From the NCBI GenBank assembly GCA_028534125.1, contig CM052828.1, positions 60,574,001 through 60,638,000 of the forward strand: a stretch of DNA of 64,000 nucleotides, in the 5' to 3' direction. How positions within the stretch are numbered: position 1 is the first letter of the stretch; each line of letters begins with the position of its first letter. The DNA is from Lama glama. Its lineage: Eukaryota. A program made the translations under genes and the position numbers. A model generated the notes under the pieces. It did not search any database, was not told the DNA's origin, and saw only the letters and a program-made list of their open reading frames with translations. This document shows positions 38,424 through 49,500 of this stretch, in pieces.

Positions 38424-39046
38424 AGCTTTCCCAGGACCCCGAGCTCCGATCACTGTCAGCTCCATTATTCATACACTGTACTTTTTCTACTTACATTAAG
38501 GTGATTGTTGCTCCCTCCTCCCTGCTTTTTCTTCGCTTTTCTCTTCCCCAAAAGGGGGGAGGGTGGGTATTAATACAAACATTCATCACAGTCTTTATTA
38601 TTTTGGCAAGGAAAACAAATGGGAATCAAGTCGTCTTTTTCCTGTCAGGGTGCTGATGAAGGAAGTGTCAATAAACAGAACAAGTTACCGAGTAGCTGCT
38701 GGCTTGAGGTCAGGCACAGGGAAGTCACATCAGGCGGATCTGCAGCACAGTGAAGGGCTGTGGTGCGTTCGGTCTCAGACTCCGCGTTACATCTCACAGC
38801 AGCTCGTCTCCCTCTGGTTAACCCCTCAGCTGTGTGAACACTGGCCCCGGTTCGGTCAGGGTCCTTCTGGAGCCACGATTCCAGCAGCACGGTGCCCCCT
38901 AGATGCCCCACCGCCCACACCTTCCTCCCTGAGTCACCCAGCCCACCTCGCTTCCAGGCACATTCCAGGAACCGCACACTTGATCTCAAGTATCTCCAGG
39001 CATAGTGATCCTGTGCACCCAGAGTGGCTTGTACACGCCTGTGGGT

Positions 39047-39166
39047 AGACAGACAGACAGACAGACAGACGGAGACAGACAGAGATTGAGATACCAAGAG
39101 ACAGACAGAGAGAAAGAGAGACACAGAGAGAGAGAGGGAGGGAGTGAGGGAGAGAGAGAGAGAGAC
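39047..39166. repeat. (CAGA)n/(GA)n compound microsatellite
   Basis: agacagacagacag...gagagagagagag. Confidence 0.95.
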
Positions 39167-41409
39167 AAAGAGGCTTTTGGAAAGAACCTTCAAGGGTTTC
39201 CTAAGGAAGGGACCCAGGCATGCAGTTACCTGTGTGTACTGAGATGGGCTCGGCTAGCAAACACCTTTTTTCAGCAAAAAAACATATGCGGGCACTTAAG
39301 AAATTCTACGTCTTCCTCCATAAAGGCCCCAGATGCAGATCTCAAGACAGACTCAGGCAGAAGCTGGTCAGAACATGAGACTGGCCACATCTGTGATTGA
39401 GGGGCACCTGGGAAAGCAGTTTGCAGGGGGACCAGGAGCCCAACTCCTGCCAAAAGCACGACGCTGACTTGGGCTGCATCCAGATCCCCCCACGAAGCCA
39501 GATGCTGGGGCCAACCCCTCCCCAGGTCCCTCCTACAGGGTCACCTGGGGTTCGGGGCCTGGAGATGGTGGCGGGCAGCTGGGAGGAGAACGCAGACCAG
39601 GCAGCTCCTCGGGGCCCTTGGCGATTCCGCATGTACAGCTCTGTTGTTCACACGTACACGTCTCCCGATCGGCACCTGGGAGGCCTCCCTGGTACCCGTC
39701 ACCCTAAGCGCACCGGTCAGATCAGAGAGCTGCAGGGTGAAGTCCGGCAAGTCCCCCAGGTTTGTGGTTGGGCCCTTTGGAGCCATTGCTTGGTTGGCAT
39801 TGAAGCCCCTGGCCGCCGAGGTCACCAGAATGAGCTCCGAAGGCGAGGAGCATGGCTGTGGCTCTGAAGGTCCGAGGACCTGGTTAACCCTCTTGAACAG
39901 GCTAAGTAGCTCAGAAATGAGTGTCACCCCTCTCGAGGCCTCGGCTTCCCCACCTGTAAAGTGAGCTGCTAGAAGCAAGGTCCCGGGAAGGCCCAGCCCC
40001 GGCATGTCCCTTCCAAGCTGAGGAGACGGTGATCGTTGGAGCAGAAAATGAAGCACAGAGCGCAGCTCTTGTTTGGAAGGAAGGCGCTCCCTTCAGAACC
40101 TGCAGGAAGGACTTCAGGGCCCAGCATCCCTCACAGACTCAGAAAGAAGAAAAGGGGAAACGTCTTTCTCACGACCCTCGCTCCCCTCCGCCGCCTTCCA
40201 CTCATCAACACTGCTTTTCCCCTAAAATGAACTTTTCACAAAGATTTCGCTGAGATCTAACACCGAGATCTCTGAAAACCCCCAGCTAGGGCATCGAACC
40301 AGCAAGATTCATTTCCAAGGTGTTTAAAAAAAATTCTCAAACAAAATCTGCTGGTTTTCTCGTATCTCATCCTAAAAGGTGGTCAGTAGGTGCCAACAGC
40401 TTGCTGGTGGCCCTGGAGTTCAAGGGCAGCAACGGGCTAAGTCTGGGGTCCACTGGGGCCGCGCTCTCCTCTTCAGGGCCCGGCTCCCACCTCAGCCCAC
40501 GGCGGCCCAGCCACAGGCCGCTGAGACCCCGAGAGAGGGGCCCGGACAGACTGCTCCCGCGCTCTCGTTTGTTTAAAGATTGAGTTGGTTTCATTTCCGA
40601 AGCCCCCAGTGAGGGAGACCCACTGTCCAATGCTTTCTCGCCCAGACCGTCCCCGCAGGTGTGGCCTGTTCTAAGGAAAGGTGATGAGGGGGAAAAGCCC
40701 GGAGAGCAGAAGCATTCAGGGTGACAATTCACGTGTCAAAAAGACTTGCTGCTTTGGGGGAGACGCATCACGGTGGGCTTTTTTTAAGTTCTATACAAAT
40801 CCAGTGTGTTTTAAATGCCTCTCAATTAAAAGGGTTGATTCACACTCCCGTTTCTTTCAATGTCATTTCAACTTTGTTTCACCTTAAATATAATGCGAAA
40901 AAAAAAGGTATTACTCTGGTTTTCACCCCAGGGAAGTGTGGGTTTCTGTGTGTGGTTGGAAGCCAGGGGTGTTGCGGACACAGCGGGAAACCAGGGGGCG
41001 GGTCTCGTCGTGTCCTGCCACCAACTGGGAGTGAGTCGTGATCCCTCTGGCCTCGGTTTTCCCACCTGCAAAGTGGGGACAGAGACCTGCCGACTGGGCC
41101 TGGATCTCAAAATTGTGGTGGATTTACAAAGTGGGTCAGCACAGGGACACCCTCGACCCAGATCATTAGCGTTCCGTGTGCTGCAAATGGGCCACGTGCT
41201 CGGGGTGGGCGTTGGAGCTGCTCCAGGCAGAGGTTAGGGGCCACAGCGGCCAGTGACCTCTCTCCACGGTGGGGGCCCTTGTGCTGGTCCCCTTTCAACC
41301 CCCCAGAGCCTGTCAGGACACAGTCTGACACCTACACTTCCTCCTCATGCCCACACCCTGCCCCCCACGCACGAACTTGTTTGGCTGTGGAGGCGGCTGG
41401 ACCCCACTA

Positions 41410-41500
41410 TGCAAACAAGAAAACCAAAGCTCCTCGATTTAAGTGACTTGTCTGCGGTCGCACAGCTGGGAAGCACTTCAGGACCTTTGAACTCCATCCT
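41410..41500 (-). mobile_element. MIR fragment
   Basis: gaaaaccaaagctc...ttaagtgacttgtctgcggtcgcacagct. Confidence 0.6.
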
Positions 41501-41562
41501 CAAGATGCAGGCGCTGGGCTCTGACCACGGGTCCAGGGGCCTCTCCTCTGTTACAAGCATCA

Positions 41563-41583
41563 GGGGGTGGGGGCGGGGGCGGG
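41563..41583 (+). other. G-quadruplex-forming motif with 1-nt loops
   Basis: G5-T-G5-C-G5-C-G3. Confidence 0.7.
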
Positions 41584-42979
41584 CAGCACGTCTGTCCAGG
41601 GCACTCACCACCAGGCCGCCACGTGAGTGGCTGGACGTTGACTTACGGCCCAAAGGAAGGACTCAGAGCAAGAGTTGTCTCTGCCTCTGAGAGCTTCTGC
41701 AATGACCCACTCACCCGCGTGACCCCAGCCTGGGACCAAGCTGCACAGTACTTTCCTCCAGGGGCCTCCTGAGCCTCCCCTCTGGGCCCTGCGGCCAACA
41801 CCGTTCTCCTGCGGTGACGTGCTCTCTGGGAACAGTCCTCCCACGTGTGTCACAGCCGCCGTGGGGCGGGGCCCAGGTAAGGAGACGCTCTTGGGGGGCC
41901 CCTTCCGTCCTCGGGTGCCTGGCACCCAGGATGGACCTGAGCTACGTCCATGCTGACGCGCCTGCAGAGAGAACACAGTTCATGGTGTGCGGGTCCTGGG
42001 CATCCAGGTGACTCTGACTTGGCACAGTCGCTTTTAGGTCACTTCTCAGTAAGCTGGCCGTGCGGCTGCCGCATCTTCTCCACACTTCGCTGCAGGTCCC
42101 ACACGTGGGACAAGCAGTAGGGCTGCCGGGTCCAGTCACCAAGGACACGGGCCCCTCGGTCCCCTGCCTGTCCAGTCCCAATCCGGAGCCCTCTCCCCTC
42201 AGCTCAGGGCCTTCAGCTGCATGGGGCCAGGGCGTCGTCCTCACCCTCTGTCCCCGGGTCCTCTGTGGTCCTGAGCCTTTGGAAGGGGCAGGGGCTGGGG
42301 AGGGAGGGGCTTTCCTGAGCCAACAACGTGGAACGTGTCCCCGGAGAGGGTTGTCTTTGATCTTCCTTCCCTGGATCCCAAATCTCAGCCCTGGCCACTC
42401 GCTCCTGAAAATCTGGTTCTCCAACCAGCCACCGAGGGCTGCACTGATGAGAAAGGGCGGGGGCCCGTGGGGAAGGCGCTGCCCCAGGTCCCTGCCTGGG
42501 GAGGAGGGGAGGAGGCTTCAGGACAAAGGGACCAGAGGGTCCTGCCCAGTTCAGAGCCCGAGGCTGCCAGTGTGACGCACCAGCTGAGATGTGTCTGGCA
42601 CTTCTGTCCCCAACACCTCTCTTCCCTTCATACCCCTTCTGATCCAACATCCCCCGGACACTCACAGCCGTGTGCCCCCTGGGACTGCCCACTGCCCGGC
42701 CCCATCACTCGGCCTCCCGGGGCCATGGGCCCTTCTGGAGGACACTTCAGCTCACAGGGTGAGCCAGAGTCGGCAACTGGAGAAGGAATTTGTGACAGAC
42801 CCCAGGGAAGGGAACCGGGGAGACGACGGGATGCTGACGATTGCGAGGCACTTTTGTCCAGCAGAAAAACAGGTGGATTGATTTTATCAGCCCTCCTCGT
42901 CCCACGCTTTCTGCCAAGAAATAGAAGCACAGTCATTAACCTTTGTGGACCTGAGAGAGACAGCAGAGGGTTAGCAAGT

Positions 42980-43073
42980 GCGAGGAGGGTGTAGCTCAGT
43001 GGTAGAGCGTCCTGGGTTCGATTCCCAGCACCTCCATTTAAAAAAAAGAAAGAAAAGAAATTAAAAAAAAAAA
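42980..43073 (+). mobile_element. tRNA-Ala-derived SINE (camelid Vic-1-like) with internal deletion
   Basis: A box TAGCTCAGTGG 42992-43002, B box GGTTCGATTCC 43015-43025, A-rich tail, TSD gttagcaag at 42970-42978 and 43076-43084. Confidence 0.9.
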
Positions 43074-45499
43074 GTGTTAGCAAGCAGAGAGGAAACGATT
43101 TGCAAAGGCAGAACTTGAATGGGGAGCCCTGATGGTCCCGGACCAGCTGCCGGCCTGGCAACTTGCTCTTTGAAAACTCATCATTTAAAGACAGATACCA
43201 GTTCCTAAGTCAATGACTCGATGATCCGCAAGCCCACGTCCTGAGAGGCTCTTAAGAAGGGGATGCTGCTAAAAAGAGCTCCTGCTGGGGAACCCGCTTC
43301 CAGACACGGGCGCCCAGCCCAGCTCTGCTCGGGCACCGATGCCCGGGGCCAGCCCTCCGGTTACAAGCCTCACTCACTTCCACCCACGAGCACATACTCG
43401 CTCACGCACGTCCACACTCCACTGCACACACACGCCCTGCCCTCCCCTTCACAGCGTCACGGCACTGGAAGCCGACACCCTCCAGCACCCAGATACTCAG
43501 GAACCCTCCTCGCAGAAGCTGACGGCCCTAATGAGCAAAAGAGAATTAGACTGAATTGCTCGGGGAGACAGAATGTCCATCATCAGTTAAAATGTATGTT
43601 GAGTTAATTCATTTGCTGGTTCCAGAGCAGACAAATTAGGAGCCGCCGGGGAGCACGCTGGCACAAACCGCATCACTTTAAAAGACGTACGTTGCCTCTT
43701 TCCCATCGTGCCGCCCGTTCTCAGCCCTGCACACACGCACACCCGCTGACTGTCTGATGGCCCAAGTGCACATTTCATCTCAGCGTCAGTCACTTCGCAG
43801 AGTTGTTGTCTCTGCTCAGACGTAAGGCCGCAGGAACAGGCACACCGAGCACGCTTGCAGATCACAGCTCCAAAGATGCCCCCTCGGGGGGAGGAGCCGG
43901 CAGCCCTGTCCCGACCCCTCCTCTCCAGCCACACAGTGTGGCCGCGTCCCGAGACCGCGGACGCCCGCTTAGTACGCTGCATCTGAAGCGCGGGTCCCAT
44001 CGTGCGGGGCGAAGTGCAGCCAGCGCAGGAGGAAAGAGACGCTGCCCGCGTCTTTCTGCTGCAGGTGGTTTGGAGGCTATAAAGTGTAGGGCGTCTTGCG
44101 CCCCTCCCCCTCCCCGGCTCCACGCCCCTCCCCCTCCTCTTCCCACCTCTGCACCCCTTCAGTCTTGTCAGCTGTAAAATGGGTCTCTTTTTAACCCCTG
44201 GCATCTGGAGGTGAAAGGTGAAGTCGTGAATCGATGGCACCGACAGCCTGAGAAGGCCCGGCAGCAGGGGGTCCCCTTTGTCTGGGCCACTCTGACCTCC
44301 TGGCCCCGTGGTCTGTGGGAACTGGACCAGAAGAAGGCCGGGTGGGGAGAGCCGGGGTGGCGGGCCTGCTCCTGGCCAGGGCAGCTGACATCGTCCGGCT
44401 GCAAATATGCTGACATCGTCCTGGGCGCAGGTCCACCCGCTCTGTCCCGACCTCCTCCAGGCCGTACGCAGGGGACCAGCCCCGGCGGTAGGGGGGACGC
44501 CCCCGTGTGCATCGGTGGGGGGCGCACGTGGCCAGCGAATGGGAAGGCGGGCGGGAGGCTTTTCTCAGAAGTGAGTCTGTACAAACGCACAGAGCTCATC
44601 TCAGGATAAAGCTGACTGGTCTGGAAGGGACCTGCGTCTCCAGGCGGCGAGGAAGGGTCTTCCGGCTGGGGGCTCCGTGCGTTCAGCATTTGATGCATTT
44701 GATTTATGATACAAATTTTCAAGGAAATAGTAAAAGCCACTAGTGAAATAGCTCTCCAGCCTTAAGGGTGGCGCCTGAGGAGGGTGCTGCTCCTTCAGAC
44801 TCGAGACCTCACAGTGCGAGGCCCTGAGCCCCCTCCCCGCACCAGGGCACGCGGGCTCATCCAGTTCCTAGAATAAGGAAAAGCATTTCCAAAAACAACC
44901 TCAGGGAAACCCTGTTTGGTGACACTGGTTTTCAGAAAAGAAAAGCTGCCGCTCAGGGCACATTGATTTCCTGGGAACACAGGTCGTGTGCTAACTTCCA
45001 ACGACCAGCTTGTGTGAACGTGTCGTTCACTTGGGATGTTCACTTAAAAGCCAGCGGCAAGCCCGACACTGACCAGCTGAGAGGGACTCCGGATGGCGCG
45101 GCTCGGGTCTTTAGACAACAAAGGCCACCCTGTGTCCCGCCAGCAAACATCCTTTTCTCCCCTGAAAACAAAAGGTATTTTAAAATACTTAGTTGAAGCC
45201 CCTGTAGTTTAAAAATGAGAAGACAGTCCGGGCGCAGGCCCTGAGCGGGTTTGCGTGGGGTGGGCGCCGGGCGGTCAGCAGGCACCTCCCCGCCGCTGAG
45301 GGTTGACGGTGCTCGGCGCTCCCTCCCGGAGAGTCCGCCGCTCGAGGGGCCGGTGAGTCGTGCTGCCGCCGGGTCTTCTTTGTGTTGCCGACGAACAGCA
45401 GAAGCCAGGCTGCTCCAGGGGCAACTCACAGCGAAGCCGCGTTACAGAGCCACCCGGTCTCTCCCAGGCATCTGCTGTGGCGGCAGGAGGCATCAGTGA

Positions 45500-46045
45500 G
45501 CCCGTGTTCAGTTTTATTTTGTACGTGAGGGGAAAAAAGGGAAGGCGTTAGTAAAAATTCTGTGTGTAAATAGTTTTAAAACGGAAAATACTATCCTGAT
45601 ACGTAGCTTCTGTCCTTTTTCCCACAGCTTTCACCTGCGCTGGCAGTGCTGAAGGTTTGGTTCTGGCGCCTGCAGTTTGTTAGAAAAGGAGAAAATCCCT
45701 GATTTTCCCTGTCTCACGTAGGAGAAAGGCAGCTATCGTACGTATTTTCCGGAAAAGCTTGAAATAATCTTTTAAAGTTTAAGCATCGCTTTGTGAGATT
45801 TAAAATGTAAATTACAGGAGTACAGTATTCTCTAATAAAAGTCATTTTCGGAAGGTTTTACAAATAAATCATCATTAATGTTTTTCCTTTTTAAAAAAAA
45901 TTTCAGGAATGGTATTCATCCACACTGAATTTTTGTTTACTTCTTCAGACACAGGAGAAGTCGCAGCTGTAATTATTTGATCAATGATGCCGCTTCTAAT
46001 GCGGGGGGTGACGTCTCAGGCTGACAATTAGGAAGCCTAGAAGCG
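45500..46045. promoter_or_regulatory. Candidate conserved non-coding element / enhancer between CpG-rich flanks
   Basis: Repeat-free AT-rich block with ATAAATCA 45864, CAGCTG-TAATTA 45964-45975, TGATCAAT 45978, TGACAATTA 46022. Confidence 0.35.
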
Positions 46046-46700
46046 CCGAATGGGGCCCGCAGCAGCCGCCCTTGTGAGCCCGCCTGACGGGCGCTGAAAG
46101 CTGCTCTGGCTTTGTTTACCGGTTACCTTCCTAAGCAGAATCCGTTAGAACTTCAGTCTCTGCAACCGTTATCTGCGCGCAGGAACGCGAGTTTTAAAAT
46201 GCACAGGAAAATCGGAGGACGCCCGGACGCAAGCAGATTAGAGAAGCCAGGCAAAGCTTTTATCAGTTATCCCTGTTTTCCCCCTTTGCAGCTTTGGTGC
46301 CCAAGGGAGCGAGGCCCCGCGGGAGGCCGCCGCCGTGCCACCCGCTGCAGGCCGCCCCGTCCTGGGAGAGGCACACGGGCGCCGAGCGCAGGCCGGCCCT
46401 TGGGCCGCCCCGTGGACGCAGGCCTGCCATCCAGGGCGAGTCCAAAGATGCAGAAACCGGCAGAAACGAGCGCCTCCAGCATTCGCTTCTCGGCTATCGG
46501 CTTCAGTTTGAGGAGCAATTCAGGGCGCTGAAGATCACACCAAGAAATGCGCTCAACTCCCCGAGCTCTCGCTGGTGAACCTGGTTGGATGTCAGCGTTT
46601 CGTCAGGAAAACGCGGCTGCAGCTTCCGCCTCATCCTCCCTCAGCGACGCAAGCCTCGTGCCCGTGGAGTTTCCCAAGCGTCACAGCTCGGAAGGTCACA
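46045..46700. promoter_or_regulatory. CpG-island-like patch
   Basis: Dense CpG, especially 46305-46440. Confidence 0.45.
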
Positions 46701-47195
46701 CAGTTTAAGAGCTGCTGACATCTTGGTCTATATTTTAAATTCAAATGAACCAAATTGGTCGTTTTCAGGGTTTTTTTCTGGGGAGTCGCTAGTTTTTCCT
46801 TGCCCACCCGACTCCCCAGAAGGTGGTCACAGTGGCCAGAGGAAGTGGTAACTGCGGAAGCCAGACCCCGTGGGAGGGAGTTCCGATCCAGCAGGAAAAT
46901 GAAAACCAGAGACAAACAGCGGGCGACTCGGCTGGGCCGCCAGCCTCGAGGGCGTCTGGCCGCTTCCGGTGAACACGGCCTCGGCCCTGGGGGGTCGGGG
47001 GCCTCAACTTCCCGGCTTTTTCTGTGTGTCTGGGGCTCCGTTTGCATAAAGGGAACTGGGTGAAATTTGGGGTCATCTTAAAAGGGCAAAAAGTACTTTT
47101 AAATACTCCAAGGAAAGCTGTGGTCAAATTCATGTGTAAGTGTTGTCAGAGCACATTTGAAGTGTTCAGATTCTCAGAAGCAGCGTCTGCCGTGC

Positions 47196-47217
47196 GTGTG
47201 TGTGTGTGTGTGTGTGT
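47196..47217. repeat. (GT)11 microsatellite
   Basis: Direct reading. Confidence 0.95.
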
Positions 47218-47391
47218 ACCCGGGGACGCTCCCCCGACACTCTAGCCCACTGGTGCCCCCACGAAAGGGGCTGAGATCAGAAGCACGATAATTTGCCAGC
47301 TCTCGTCCAGAGAAACACACGTCCCACTGCCTACTTCCTGTCCTGGCTTCTCTAAACACAGCCACATGGTGCTCTCAGCTGTGGCCTCCCT

Positions 47392-47810
47392 CTGTAGGTT
47401 GAACTGTGTCCACCCCACCCCCTGCCACAAATCCACGTGTTGACGTCCTAACCCCAAAGTGCCTCAGAACGTGGCTGTTTGGGAACTGGGGTCATGGCAG
47501 CTATGGCTGGTGAAGGTGAGGGCCCACTGGGGCCAGTGGGCCTCTGATCCAACATGGCTGGTGTCCTGATAAAAAGGGGACATTGGAACTCAGACAGACA
47601 CGCAGGGACAGCATCACGTGAAGATGGAGGAAGAGATGGGTGATGTTCCTATAAGCCGAGTGCAGCCACCAACAACCAGACGCCCAGGGAGCTCGGAACA
47701 GATGCTCCCTCCTGGAGAAACCAACCCTCCGGCGCTGAGAAATAACAGGTTCTGCCTTTCTAAGCCCCTGCTTTGTGGTACTGTGTTACAGCAACCGCAG
47801 GAAGCGAGCC
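47392..47810 (+). mobile_element. MaLR solo LTR (MLT1B/C-like)
   Basis: tgtaggttgaactgtgtcc...gtcctaacccc...cctcagaacgtggctgtttggga...atccaacatggctggtgtcctgataaaaagggga...gtgaagatggagg...tgagaaataac...tttgtggtactgtgttacagcaaccgcagga. Confidence 0.9.
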
Positions 47811-48190
47811 CCCCTCCCCAAGATGGGGAGCACGTCAGCCCTCCCCCCCTGGTCTCCTCTGCCCCTGTCAGGGGCTCCCAGAAGACTCTGAAGTGTGTTT
47901 ATCACTTTGAAGACCATGTCGAAGCTCTAGACTTTTCTTCAATAGCTGTTAGTTGTCACAAAGGTTGCAATTCCTATTGGACTTTCCCTGGAGTTACAGT
48001 CGGGGCTGCCCCCCCTCTGCTCTGCAGGGCGCTGCGTGCTCACCTCGGCTCCTCTCAGAGCACAGCACATGCAGCTCAGAAACCAGGACCCTTTGTCTCT
48101 GCATAAATCTCAGGGTCGTGGAGGGCGTGACCCACAAAATACAGGTTCCTGGGGTCGCCCTCCATTCCTCCTGTGAATTAGCAGTGGTGA

Positions 48191-48541
48191 TTCTCCTGAT
48201 ACATGGAATAAAAAAAAGTGATAAAAATTCTATTTACAAACCAGAAACAGACTCACACACGTAGAAAACAAGCTATGGTTACCAAAGGGCAAAGGGCAGG
48301 AGGGATAAATTAGGAGTCTGGGATGAACAGATACACACTACTGTATATGAACTAGATAAACAACAAAGACCTACTCTTTTCAATTTCTTATAACATGTAA
48401 TGGAAATGACTCTGGAGAAAATATGTATGTGTGTACATGTGAAACGGAATCACTTTGCTGTACACCAGAAACCAACATTGTAAACCAACTACACATCAAT
48501 TGGGAAAAAAAGATAATGTGCAAGGACTATTAAAAAAAAAA
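48191..48541 (+). mobile_element. 5'-truncated L1 3' UTR with 11-bp TSD and double A-tail
   Basis: atttacaaaccagaaacagactcac...tatggttaccaaaggg...gaatcactttgctgtacaccagaaac; TSD agcagtggtga at 48180-48190 and 48541-48551. Confidence 0.92.
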
Positions 48542-49134
48542 GCAGTGGTGACTCTGTGAGAAGGCCCCTGGCGCCACGCCCGCTCTTCCTTCCTGTGTGA
48601 AGCAAGCAGTGGCCGAATCACGGGCCGGGGAGGGGGTTTGAGAGCGCAGGGCTCCCTGAGGCCTGGAGTGAGCAAGCAGCCCTGGGGGAGGACTCCCCCA
48701 ACCAGCTCCTGCAGCAGGAGGACCCTGCCCGCTCCTTAGGGCTCTGAATTCCGCCCAGAGATCAGCTCCCCTTTTGAGTGGAAGTGGCTCTTGGAATATC
48801 AGAGAAGGGGCTGGCTGTCCCCTCAGGCTGGCTCCTGAACATGAACTTGGGGTGGACATCCAGGTACACAGGGTAATGGCTGGGGTCCAGGTAACGGCTG
48901 CGGAGACGGGTGGTCCCTCTCTCTATATGTGTATAGGCGTATATGTGTGCTTTGGTATAAACACGCGTACCCCCATGTGAGTAGTAGACGTGTGGACGTA
49001 GGTGTGGCTGTGTCTGTATCTCTGCGTGTGCAGATAGCTGTGTGCATAAGCAGGTGTGAACGTCCCTCCGTCTCCATGTGATGCTCGTCTCCGCGTGCCC
49101 TCCTCCCCGCCCTCACCTGAATGGCCAGAGTCAC

Positions 49135-49500
49135 ACACACTCAGCTGTTCTGACAGTGCCTAGGCCTCCGCTGTGTCTGCGTGTGAATCCATGTCCAGCA
49201 GTCCCCGCCTGAGGGGTATTCAGGCTGCTTCCAGTTTGCCGGGTGTTTCTGTTCTTGTCTTTGCCGGCACAGTCACTGACACAATGCATAACCGTGTGGA
49301 TGTCACTGTACTTTGGCCAGTGTGTCTTTGGAACAGATTCTCGGGAAGAGGATCTGGAACTTTCCTAGACTGCGCTGGATTCGCTCCACAGAGGCTGCAC
49401 TGTTTGGCCCCCAGCGACGTTACAGGAGCATCACCAGCAGACTGCTGTCATTTTTATGTGACAGATGAAAACGTGACACCTGCTATTTCAGCAGGTCAAG
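49135..49500 (-). mobile_element. Ancient L1ME-like 3' fragment
   Basis: tgaggggtattcaggctgcttccagtttg...aacagattctcgggaagaggat...ctccacagaggctgcactgttt. Confidence 0.6.

Noticed and set aside
38129-38656. Proline/serine-rich 175-aa ORF and the opposite-strand G/E/R-rich ORFs
   Set aside because: Translation of a CT low-complexity tract
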